Source of the DNA: Octopus sinensis
Lineage: Eukaryota
Length of the DNA stretch: 64,000 nt
Reading direction: 5' to 3'
NCBI RefSeq assembly: GCF_006345805.1
Contig: NC_043017.1
Coordinates: 29,140,001 to 29,204,000 of the forward strand
In this document: positions 51,970 through 64,000 of the stretch, piece by piece
Numbering within the stretch: position 1 is the stretch's first letter
How the letters are laid out: the number at the start of each line of letters is the position of its first letter
Notes under the pieces: model-generated
The model's database searches: none
What the model was told of the DNA's origin: nothing
Seen by the model: only the letters and a program-made list of their open reading frames with translations
Made by a program: the position numbers and the translations under genes

Positions 51970-52004
51970 TCAATATACTTTATAAATCTTATACACACAA
52001 GCAT

Positions 52005-52040
<36 letters not shown>

Positions 52041-52314
52041 TATATATATATATATATATATGCATACATACACGTTTGTGTAGGTATATGTAAATATATA
52101 TATATCTTATATATATATGCATACCTACACGTTTGTGTATATATGTATATATATATATATGTGTGTGTATATATATATATGTATACGTATATGAATGTAT
52201 ATGTAGATTTATGTATCTATGTATGTATAGGAATATATATGTATATATATATATATGTATACATATATACATGTATATATATAAATGTATGTTCTATGAA
52301 TGTATAGGCATATA

Positions 52315-52373
<59 letters not shown>

Positions 52374-52849
52374 TGTATACGTATATGCATGTATATATAT
52401 AAATGTATGTATCTAATGTATTTATACGCATATACGCGTATATATTGGTGCAATAATATGATATATAACGGAATACCAAAAAGCATTCTAATTCATATTC
52501 ATTGAAGTGTGGCTCACAAATGGTTTAAACAAACATTTAAAAACGATTATCAGTTGGTGTTTTGATTGAATTCTCTTGTGAGTAAATATTTATTTACTGT
52601 CTCATAGCTTTACAAATAGTTCTAGCGAAAATTCGTCTTTCGTGGTTTATTCCCTGCTAAAAAAATACTCACCTACTTCCTTGCATACATACATACATAC
52701 ATACATACACACATACATACATACATACATACATACTTACATATATACATGCATACTTACGTACTTGTATACGCACATACACACACACATACACATACAT
52801 ATAAACACATACAGACGGACAGAATGACATGCGGACACACATACATATG

Positions 52850-52882
<33 letters not shown>

Positions 52883-53020
52883 GTGTGTATGTGTGTGTGT
52901 GTCTGAGTGTGTGACTGCATATATGTTGCATTGATGTATTTATATACTCACACACACGCGTGCATACACACACATATATGTATATACATATATAGATAGA
53001 TAGAGAAGAGAGAGAGAGAG
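51970..53020. repeat. (TA)n/(CA)n/(CATA)n compound microsatellites
   Basis: Direct reading. Confidence 0.92.
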
Positions 53021-53084
53021 AGAAGCGGAATACCCCTTCCTATTCACTTCATTTATTTATTTAGTCGTTTACCATTGATGTACC

Positions 53085-53260
53085 AGTTACGCACTGGGAT
53101 CGATATAATCAACTTAATCCGTTTGTCTGTCCTTTTTTGTCCTCTCTGTGTTTCGCCCCTTGTGGGTAGGAAAGAAATAGAAATAGGTATTTCGTCTGCC
53201 GTTACGTCCTGAGTTCAAATTCCGCCTCTATGTTTAGCCCCTTGTAGGCAATAAAGAAAT
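53085..53260 (+). mobile_element. SINE C 3' part with Tx1-like tail, partially duplicated
   Basis: GTTTCGCCCCTTGTGGGTAGGAAAGAAATAG then GTATTTCGTCTGCCG..GAGTTCAAATTCC..GCCCCTTGTAGGCAATAAAGAAAT. Confidence 0.85.
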
Positions 53261-53829
53261 AAGAAATGACAAGCTAGTGTTCGGGAAACCAAAACGAAAG
53301 GAAGGACAATGAGATGAAGGAAGAATACGACAAGTACTTCATTAACATGGCTTTCTCTCAAACCCAGAAACTTTTCTGCTTCACAATGTTCGTGATATCT
53401 ACAAGAGAGTGTGTTTGCCACGAGATATCATACGACGGATAGCAATCCGAGAATTTACTATATGATGGCATTAAAAACTGAAGAGATAACCATCTCTTGT
53501 AAAGACGAGCAAACTGCCTAGTATAAATATACATATGAGTGGTTCCGTGTGTATGTCTGTTTGCGTGTCAGTGTGTGTGTGTGTGTGTTTGTGCGTGTGT
53601 GCGTTCGTGCACGTTGTCTGTATATATAATTATATTCATACAAACATTCAAATCCTTATTCGTGTGGCCGAGTATGCATGGATGTATATATTTATATTTA
53701 TATATGCACGCATGTTAATACAGAACATACAAAAATGCGTACGTATATACATACATTTACGTGTGAGTGTGTATATATATATATATATATATAATATACG
53801 TTATTAAGAACATTTGTAATCCTCAGTTA

Positions 53830-54174
53830 AGTCAATTCATTCCCGTTTTCAGGCAAAGAAACGTGGTATGTATACATATGTATGTATATGAATATATATA
53901 CATACACATTTATATATTTGAATAAATAAATAAATAAGAATTGATGTATATGTATATGTTTGTATATATATAAATATAGATATATATATATATATATATA
54001 TATGAGTGCATGTGTTTTGTGTATATGTATATATATGTATATATATGTGTGTGTGTGGTGGTGTGCGTGTGTGTGTGTGTGTGTGTGTGGTGTGTTGTGT
54101 GTGTGCGTGCGTCTGTTTTTTGTGTACATTCGTAAACACACCTCAGAAACACTTACACACGCATATATATGTGT

Positions 54175-54212
<38 letters not shown>

Positions 54213-54295
54213 AAAGAGAGCGAGAGAGAGAGAAAAAAAGAAAGTGACAGAGATAAGCCGAAAGGGAGATAGAGCTTATAGTTAGATAGATAGAC

Positions 54296-54374
<79 letters not shown>

Positions 54375-54380
54375 AACGTA
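53830..54380. repeat. (TA)n/(TG)n/(GATA)n microsatellites
   Basis: Direct reading. Confidence 0.92.
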
Positions 54381-55734
54381 CGTACATAAAGACACTTATG
54401 TACCATACGAGTTAATCCTATTTAACTATTTAAGGAACGGACGTAAGTGCGTCATGAAATCTCATTAAAGCGCGTATCTCATTTAGTTGTAACATATCGA
54501 CGGTAGTAAATATATGTATAATTCTATTTATATAATTATCTAATTCGAAATTTGATTTCCCTTGACTAGTCGAAGGACAATTATTGCATGTGAAGGTATA
54601 ATCAGTTTAATTGATCTCTCTGCATTATTTGTACTTACTTTATGAACCGCAGATTGATGAAAGGCAGCGTTGGCTCCGGTGGCGTTTGAAATCAGAAGTT
54701 GGAGGGACCAAACTCTATACTACATAATATTTAATCCTATACATACTTCTTATTCTGTCATCTGACTATAATACAAATTCGTTTTATTGAAGCATTCTCC
54801 ACCGTCATTGTATCACTGTAATTCTGATTTCAATGTATCTTTGAAGTTGTATGATATATCCATTAATGGTTTCTTAACATGTGTTATCTAACCTAATGTA
54901 TTCCCATATAAGCTTCCACTAGCGCTTGTCCATTACTAAATTCATTTAGCGTTAATATTCACTATTTTGTCGAATCTACAATAATATTTCTGTGTTGGAA
55001 AATATCACCCGAATGTGTTTTACGTAATAAGCTATTGTGTAATATGGAATATTTACTTTCACTACCCACCAGAGCGTTAGAATGGAATGATGATTGTTAC
55101 ATATACAACTGGATCGAGCACCAACTGTTGAAATTGAATATTTGCAATTCATTCCAAACATCTCGGCAATTGTATTATGCTTCCGCTGCTTACTGTTTGT
55201 TAACAATATCATACATGATACAAAAAGGTGTGAAACATTTGCAATAACAAAATTCCCTTGACGCTTAAATGAAACTAACGTAGGTGGCTGAGAAAGTCAA
55301 TGATATTTAGTATATTAGTACAGATTACTATTGAATGATCTCATGCATAAAGAAAGAATCGCTGGAATAGCAACAATATAACAACCAGGACAACACAAAC
55401 CATAAAAAAAAATCCCTGGTAATAATATAATGAATACTATATTCTCTATTGGTCCTCTGCAGTTCTTATATTTAGCAATATGCTGAGATAAAATGCAACC
55501 AAAAAAAAAATATATATATACTATGGTTTGCAGTCATTCGCTTTGAGAGATTGGTCAGCATCTGTGTGTTTTATATCTTCACTGAGAGGTTCGAATCATC
55601 GTCCAGCGTCACTGTCTCGAGAAATTGTAATTATATCTATTTGAAAATTACGATAAAATCTATTTTAATTGACTGGTATGGAGCAGAAAGCACCTTGAAA
55701 GCTTGGTTATTGCAGCTTTTACTTCTACTCCTGT

Positions 55735-55745
55735 TACTATTGCTG

Positions 55746-55793
<48 letters not shown>

Positions 55794-56077
55794 ATGCTGC
55801 TGCCACTGCTGCTGCCACTCCTGCCTCCGCAACTGCCGCTACTACTGCCGCTGCTATCATTATTAAGAACCGTTAGCACGACTGGTAAAATGCTTAGCAT
55901 CGTTTCGTCTGTCTTTATGTTCCGAGTTCAAATTCCACCGAGGTCGACACTCTGCCTTTCATCCTTTAGAGGTCGAAGTACCAGTTGCGCACTGGGATCG
56001 ATGTAATCGACTCATCACCACCTCCCCCAAGCCGCCCTTGTGACAAAAATTTAAAATAACAATGATAATAATAATAC

Positions 56078-56108
<31 letters not shown>

Positions 56109-56150
56109 CATTATTATTATTATTATTACTACTACTACTACTACTACTAC

Positions 56151-56191
<41 letters not shown>

Positions 56192-56215
56192 ACAGTAGCA
56201 GCAGTAGAAGTAGTT
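55735..56215 (+). repeat. (CTA)n/(ATT)n/(AGT)n arrays enclosing a SINE C copy (about 55860-56050)
   Basis: Direct reading; CGTTAGCAC..GAGTTCAAATTCCACCGAGGTCGAC. Confidence 0.88.
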
Positions 56216-56609
56216 TTGTTAGAGATTTCTTTAAGTTGGTAGAGGAAGTACGTACATTAAAATTGTTACCAAATTTACGAAAAACTACACTACCAGAAAT
56301 GAAGGGATCGGTACCCTTCGAAAATAATGACCACCAAAATAAAGGGGGGTGACGCCCAGCAAATAAAAAAAAAAGCATAAATAGGCACGCGAGGAATATA
56401 TTTCAATCCTACACTCTTATTTTACAGCAATGCTATAGCCACAGAGCGAAAAGGCAACAACATATACATATAAAATCTGGAAGAAAAATAACTTAGATAA
56501 TGATTTGGATAGAGCAATGAACTCTAGTAGACTAGCTAACATATGGAGATATATTTTCAAAACAAAAATACATCAGAAATAGTAAGTAAACACTTAAAAG
56601 GAAAAATAC

Positions 56610-57440
56610 ATTAGAAATTACCAAAACAACGTAATGAAAAGAAACATAACAAGTAACTGCAGATTATGTGGAGATAGAGATGAAACAATAAATCGTATTG
56701 TTTCTGGCTGCCCAGTCCTGACTGAGAAAGAATATATTCACAGACACGACAGAGTTGGGACCTATATACACAAGGTGCTATGCCAACACTATGGAATAAC
56801 AACAGAAAAAAGATGGTGTAGGTATAGGCCAGAAAAAGTCACAGAAAATGAGAAAGCAACCATACTCTGGTATATGCCAATACACAGAGATAGAGGTGTC
56901 AAAGATTACAAAGAAAAAATGCCTTCTAATCGATGTAGCAATACCAACAGATGACAATGTTTATCTAAAAGAAACGGAGAAACTTTCAAAATACAAAGAT
57001 CTGAAAATAGACGTAACTCGAATGTTGAGTCTACAAACAGAAACAATTTCTATTTATACTGATCAATAAAGCTATAACTGAAGACAACCGCAGAAAGAGG
57101 AAGGGTCTAAGTATGGCCTGGACCGATTACCGAAAGGCTTTTGATAGTATTCCCCACACATGTATCTTAGAAACACTAGCCATGAACAAGGTAGCACCAA
57201 TAATTATAAAATATATAAAATATTAGGCGCATTAAGAATGATAAAAATATATTCAAACAAATACATAATAAAACACCAGGACTAACAAGTAAATGTAACA
57301 TGCAGAAAATAGCACTACTAGGCACTGCACACATCCTACGTAAAATACTTTCAATACAGAGAAAATAAAAGTATCACAGCAAACCGCAGCACATGCCTAA
57401 GAAATACAGAGCTGCGTGATAAAAGCACGTGATAAAATAG
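56610..57440 (+). mobile_element. 3' part of an R4/Dong-clade LINE (CCHC knuckle and restriction-like endonuclease), decayed
   Basis: CRLCGDRDETINRIVSGCPVL..RHDRVG, LIDVAIP.D.N...KE.EKLSKYKDL, KIALLGTAHILRK; (TAA)n tail. Confidence 0.93.
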
Positions 57441-57450
57441 ACTCTAAATA

Positions 57451-57500
<50 letters not shown>

Positions 57501-57517
57501 TAATAATAATAATAATA

Positions 57518-57712
57518 AACAAAACACCAGGACTTACAACACATATAACATACAGAAAATTGCACTACTATAGGCACTGCACACATCCTACGCAAGCACT
57601 TTCCATACAATAACCATCAGAGCATCACAACAAATCACAGCACATACCCAAGGCACACAGAGCTGCGCTCGGTAGTGAAGTGGAAAGCACGCTATAAAAT
57701 AAAACTACTGAA
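57518..57712 (+). mobile_element. Second short R4/Dong 3' end, in tandem
   Basis: AAAACACCAGGACT..CAGAAAATTGCACTACTA.GGCACTGCACACATCCTACG repeated; own (TAA)n tail. Confidence 0.9.
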
Positions 57713-57756
57713 TAAAATAATAATATAATATAATAATAAATAATAATAATAATAAT

Positions 57757-57788
<32 letters not shown>

Positions 57789-58079
57789 ATTAACAATCAT
57801 GACAGACGTGTACAAGCGAGTTCAATGCGAAGTTGGATTAGATCTGTGATGATCGGCAAACAGGATTTAAGAAACAGCAAGAATATGAAAGAAAATTGTT
57901 CCTTAATGCAAATCCTTCCAGGACGCCGTAATACTTTCAACATACATGAAATATAATTGCTGTCAGGCACGTTGTCAAAGAAAGGCAAGTGTGTGAAAAT
58001 GTAAAAAAAAATAAAAAAATACTATAAGTATAAATAATACTCGTATACGCCGTATCATTTCTACATACATTTAATGTTT

Positions 58080-58225
58080 GGCTGTGTGGTAGTAAGCTTG
58101 CTTACCAACCACAGGTTCTGGGTTCGTCCCACAGCATGGCATTTCGGCAGTGTCTTCTACTATACTCAGCCGACCAAACCCTTGTGAGTGGATTTGGTAG
58201 ACGGAAACGAAAGAAGCCTGTCGTA

Positions 58226-58268
<43 letters not shown>

Positions 58269-58468
58269 GTGTTTTATGTCCTGTTTTGTCCTCCCACATA
58301 ACTCGACAACCGATGCTGGTGCGTTCACGTCCCCGTAACTTAGCGTTTTCAAGAAAAAGAGACCGATAGAATAAGTACTAGGCTTACAAGTCCTGGGATC
58401 GATTTGCTCGACTAAATGCGATGCTCCAGCTTGGCCGCAGACAAATGACTGAAACAAATAAAAGAGTA
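58080..58468 (+). mobile_element. SINE family A
   Basis: GGCTGTGTGGTAG..GGATTTGGTAGACGGAAAC..GACTGAAACAAATAAAAGAG. Confidence 0.9.
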
Positions 58469-58698
58469 AAATGTATGCGCCCGTACATTTCTTACATGAA
58501 CTAGACAACGCAGAACACAGAGAGTTTTAAACACATTAAAATAGACACAGAATAATAAATTTGGGGAACGGCTATAGTCGAATACATTGCCACCGGTACT
58601 CACCTCGTACTTATTTTATCAACCCCTAAAGCATGGAAGGCAAAGCTGTATTTGAACTTAAAACAGTGAAGGCAAGTACTAGGTATAGTAAAAATGTG

Positions 58699-59122
58699 GG
58701 ATCTTTTCGGTTTGAACGGCACTTTTTAACATAATTTCTGGGTAACGAAAAAATTTTAAACTTCGTATACTGGTAGAATGTGTTTATAAAACATCTTTTT
58801 CTCTTGGCTTTATTGAGGAAATTCTGTAGTTTGTAAGATAATTTCTGTAATTTCTTGCATTTCGACAATTTCAACCAATCAATGACCGTCTATTGAGGTG
58901 AAAACCTTCTGTGCCGTATGAATATGTCCCTCGTTTAAGAAACAGATTGGGTTTATTTACATTTGTGAAGAAAAAAGATGCCCTTCCTCTCACCCTAACC
59001 CTAACTAATCCTAAACCTAAAACAGATTGAAATGAAATAGATCGATACTAGGGTCATAATTATGGGTGACAATTTCATATGACACCGCTAGAAAAAAACT
59101 GCCGTTCAAACCGAAAACATCC
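58699..59122 (+). mobile_element. GGATCTTTT MITE, full length
   Basis: TIRs; 8-bp TSD AAAATGTG (58691-58698 / 59123-59130). Confidence 0.95.
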
Positions 59123-59730
59123 AAAATGTGTGTCTTAATTTGGACATTATTTCATCATTTCGTATTGGGCCCGAAACAGTGAAAGGTAAAATGTCTGCGA
59201 CAGAAGTAATAGAGACAAGTTGCAGAGCAGCAGTTTTGCAGATGTTCTAAAGTTGGTGCCAGCCAATAGTCTTCGACGCAACAGAAGATGTATAATAAGT
59301 CAACAGTGATTATTAAACATTGTGTGGTCTAAATTAATTATTAATATTATTGACAAGATGACGCAGTTTCGTTGGAGTATGTACTGAGTTGTGTCAAACC
59401 ACCAAAATACTGATTATTTGTTCTATGCCTTTAGACATATGAAGCACTTAGAAAATATTTGCATTCACATCATTTTTTTCTTTTCATTATTATTATATTT
59501 TTTTTGTTTTGTTAAAAAGCACTTTATTTGCTGTCTTTTTCCATGTGTTCTAGAAAATTACGTACGGGAAACTGATAACCTACATAAGAGACTGGTGAAG
59601 GATTTTATATCTTGTATCAGACAATTTCTACCTTAATATACATTTACGTTTTCGTTTATAATTATACGAACATAATAACATAATTCATGCATACATACAT
59701 AGGATACATGAATACACTCACCAACTCATA

Positions 59731-59761
<31 letters not shown>

Positions 59762-59824
59762 CACATAATAAATTTTTTAAACTGTACGTTATACTACAAC
59801 TATATATATATCCATATATATATA

Positions 59825-59855
<31 letters not shown>

Positions 59856-61890
59856 CCATATATATAAATATACATATATATGCACACACACATATAATAT
59901 ATATGTATATATACTTATATATACATATAATATTATATATATGTATGTATAACGTAACATTTAGAAAATTATATATTATATATATATATATATATTTGTA
60001 TGTACAACGTAACAGTTTAGAAAATTATATATGTGTGTGTGTGTGTGTATATATATATATAGCACTGTGCTAATTAATTATCAGCTTACAAATCATGAAA
60101 TCGGGAACATACAATTACGGTTTTATAAAAGAAGATCAAATTATTGATTAGTAGATTGATCTACCGTTTGATAATTTCTATTCAGACTGCAGACGGAAAG
60201 TCTACGGAAATTCATAGAGAAGTGCAGAGATTATTTGGTTACTTGGTGCTTTCTTGAGTAGCTGCTCTCAGAATTACACAGTAACCGTTCTTTCATTAAT
60301 TACACAATGATCCTTGTTCTTATATTGAATTCTGGCATCTATGGTAGTAGAGCTGTTATGAAAAGGCATCATACGATTTAATGAATAGTTTGAAACCTTT
60401 AAACATCGCATCATTGTTCAATAGTTTATTATCGACAGGCTTGCCTGTTGGAATATTATATCTCCCTTCTGTTAGCGAACGACCGGAAATGCTAGGCATC
60501 AATAATTAATTTAAGGGATACCTATTAACTCGGAATCAAATATCCATTGTGATCTAACCTCGCTTAGATTTTACCACAGTGTTATCTCAATAATATGAAA
60601 CATGCCTTCTATCCTTCTTCATTTTTTTTGGTTTTTCTTTTTTTGTTTTTGTTTTCTTTTGAGGAATAAATCTGGAACAACATTGAGCAAATTAAATCTA
60701 ATGAACAAGCATCCAAGCATCATTCCCCCGTGTACATTGCAAAAGGGCCACACCACACATCGTGCAGACATAGGGTTACCTCAGATGACCCATCGTCCAA
60801 ACGTTTATATTTTCGGCTTTATATTATAGGGATCGAAAGTAATCCCTTCTGAGATAAAATGTAATGGAGAAAATCATGTTTCCAATATGTTGATTCTTCC
60901 TAGACGGCATTTGAAGACAAAACTGTAAACTACCTGTCGACCACAATGCATTACAATTTCAAACAGAGGCTGTTATTGTAATTTATACTACTATTATCTT
61001 TAACACAAATCTCCTTTCGCTTTTGCATAGCTAGCATGTGCTGTGCGTTTAATCCCGCTATGCAGTACCTTCAGCAAGCGTTTTCTCCGTGACACAGCGA
61101 TTCTTGGGCAGATCCAGTGGGCAGATATAGCTGTCTAAACAATAAAAGTCTTAGCGTCGATTTGTTTGACTAAATCATTCAAGGAATTGCCCCTCCTCAT
61201 TTGCAGTCCAATAACTGAGATAACAAAACATAATAAATGAAGGACCTCTTCGATCGCGCAAAAATTAGTATTTTCCTTGTTTTTTTCTTTTCTTTTTTTT
61301 AATCTTCAAGTAGTGGGTCATACAGGAAAATAACAGCTAATCTACACATGTTTCCAAAAATTGCCAGAAAGACTTTAAGTTTCTTTGCGAACACTAATTT
61401 TATTTGGAAATACACAAATGTTGCAAAATCAAATTGATATTTCATTACAGTATCATCTAACATAAATTAATATATTCATATTTAAAATTAATACTTGTCG
61501 ACTGATTAATCATTAAATATGTAACATACTTCAATAGCAGAAAGCGTTGGCTCGGTAAAAATCGCATTAATAAAATCCAGAATGCAAAAAAAAAATCGAT
61601 TTTTGACATATTTGATTTTTTAGTTAATTAGAAGACTCTGCAATATGATCTCGATGATATAATTAAAGACATCCGACAGATGATCATTGTATTTTTACTT
61701 GAGTTGAAATATATTTTATATTATCCAAGAAACTGTTTCGCTTTTATACATTCGAGCAGTACGTTATATGGCTGGGTATTTCTAAGTCAACAGAAGACGT
61801 TAAGGCAATCTATTGGCTTATCTCCAAGTTCTTGCAGTGCATAAGAGAGTCAATTGTAGTTCATGAGTTCAGAAACTGTATACTCTTTTT

Positions 61891-62310
61891 TCTCTTTTAC
61901 TCTTTTACTTGTTTCAGTCATTTGACTGCGGCCATGCAGGAGCACCGCCTTTAATCGAGCAACTCGACCCCGGGACTTATTCTTTTTTTTTTTTTTTGTA
62001 AGCCCAGTACTTATTCTATCGGACTCTTTTTGCCGAACCGCTACGTAACGGGGACATAAACACACCAGCATCGGTTGTCAAACAATGCTAGGGGGACAAA
62101 CACAGACACACAAACACACACACGCATATATATATATATATACATATATACGACGGGCTTCTTTCAGTTTCGTCTACCAAATCCACTCACAAGGCTTTGG
62201 TCGGCCCGAGGCTATAGTAGAAGACACTTGCCCAAGGTGCCACGCAGTGGGACTGAACCCAGAACCATGTGGTTGCTAAACAAGCAACTTACCACACAGC
62301 CACTCCTGCG
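61891..62310 (-). mobile_element. SINE family A, full length
   Basis: All A modules present. Confidence 0.93.
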
Positions 62311-62589
62311 TATGTTTACCATACCTGAAGACAGTGAATACTGTGTGGGTCAAATTTATTCTGCGAAGATCCTGTGTTGTGATTCGTTCTTAGTTTAAAG
62401 AAGCAATCATTTACATAAACATAAATTAAACGCACACACACACACACACACAAGGATGGATATTTATGCATATATATGTGTGTGTATGTGTGTGTGTATA
62501 CATATATTTATATATGAGAGAGTTTGTGAATAGTCATAGATGTAAGCACACTTTTATATTTATTTTTCCATCAATCTATAAATTTATCT

Positions 62590-62731
62590 ATATAATCATA
62601 GATAGATAGAGCGAGAGAGAGAGAGACAGACAGACAAACAGATAGATAGATATATAGTTAGATAAATAGATAGATAGATTCAGAGATAGATAGATAGATA
62701 GATAGATAGACAGACAGATATATATATATAT

Positions 62732-62773
<42 letters not shown>

Positions 62774-62895
62774 CGATAGATTAGATAGATAGATAGATAT
62801 ATCGATAGATTAGATAGATAGATAGATATATCGATAGATTAGATAGATAGATAGATGGATTAGATAGATCGATAGATTAGATAGATTAGATAGAT

Positions 62896-62928
<33 letters not shown>

Positions 62929-63049
62929 CGATAGATTAGATAGATAGATAGATATATCGATAGATTAGATAGATAGATAGATAGATAGATATATCGATAG
63001 ATTAGATAGATAGATAGATGGATTAGATAGATCGATAGATTAGATAGAT

Positions 63050-63086
<37 letters not shown>

Positions 63087-63480
63087 GATAGATAGATAGA
63101 TAATAGATAGATAGATCGATAGATTAGATAGATAGATAGATAGATCGATAGATTAGATAATAGATATATATCGAGAGATAGATAGATAGATAGATGGATT
63201 AGATAGATCGATAGATTAGATAGATTAGATAGATTAGATAGATAGATAGATAGATAGAATAGATAGATAGATAGATAGATAGATAGTATGATAGATAGAT
63301 AGATCGATAGATAAACAGGTGAATGTGTTTTTGCGTGCTGATTCACTAGGTATGTATGCATTCGTCCACGTTTGCATCGATGGGCATATGTGTGTATGTG
63401 TGTGAGAGAGAGAGAGAGAGAAAGATAGACCGACAGATAGACAGACAGACACACAGACAGACATACAATCAGACACACAA
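62590..63480. repeat. (GATA)n/(GACA)n array with GATC and GATT variants
   Basis: Direct reading. Confidence 0.96.
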
Positions 63481-64000
63481 GCACAGAGTGAGAAATAGGT
63501 AACGATAGAAAGAGAAAGATTGCTAGATCATGCATTTATAGTTTTGATACGGGTGTACATGTGCATGTATGTCACCATATATCCACTTATCCAGAATATT
63601 AATTAGAATTTATTGATTTTATATCTGCCCTGCATTTACGATGATAAAGGGAATACCATAACGACAAACTCAGAAATTAACTTGATAAATTACTTTGAAA
63701 TACATAGTGACAGATGTAATTTCAGAATACATTCTCTTATGATTCCTGCTTTTCACCATTTTATACAATCTTACCATCTTTGTTTGGTTTACCATTCATA
63801 TCTGCAAGTCCAACCGATTTTCATTCTTTCTTCGCTTATTTTTCTTTTCCATCTTAATTTATTTCTTTTGTGTTCTTGTTATTTTCTTTCATTGCGTCTT
63901 TGTTTATATTCTTTCTTTTATATATTTACGTCTCTCTTTTGTTTACTTGTATACACGTTTTATTTTTCTGTTTTCTGCGTTTATCTGCTTCTTCCCTTCC

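Overview
AT-rich, microsatellite-saturated metazoan DNA. The repeat repertoire (tRNA-headed SINEs, (TA)n/(GATA)n/(TATG)n arrays, Tx1, RTE and R4/Dong LINE remnants) fits an octopus genome; that assignment is inference. No intact host gene is recognisable, only a few weak candidate exons, and almost all ORFs in the track are microsatellite artefacts. The window holds a ~3.2 kb satellite with an internal inversion, three tRNA-derived SINE families (called A, B, C here), two 5'-truncated L1/Tx1 LINEs, RTE and R4/Dong LINE 3' ends, two non-autonomous Helitrons, a tRNA-Gly pseudogene and a MITE family with GG termini and 8-bp target-site duplications (TSDs). Best leads: (1) a 3,949-bp foldback-like palindrome (35342-39290) built from that MITE and flanked by an exact 8-bp TSD, so it moved as one unit; (2) three minimal type-I hammerhead ribozyme folds of the Penelope-associated kind, two of them in short modules embedded in (TA)n; (3) a SINE subfamily and a short TSD-flanked insert sharing the 3' terminus of the Tx1 LINE; (4) a tRNA-Gly/SINE-tail chimera. 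Repeat-edge coordinates were read by eye and are approximate unless a TSD is quoted.
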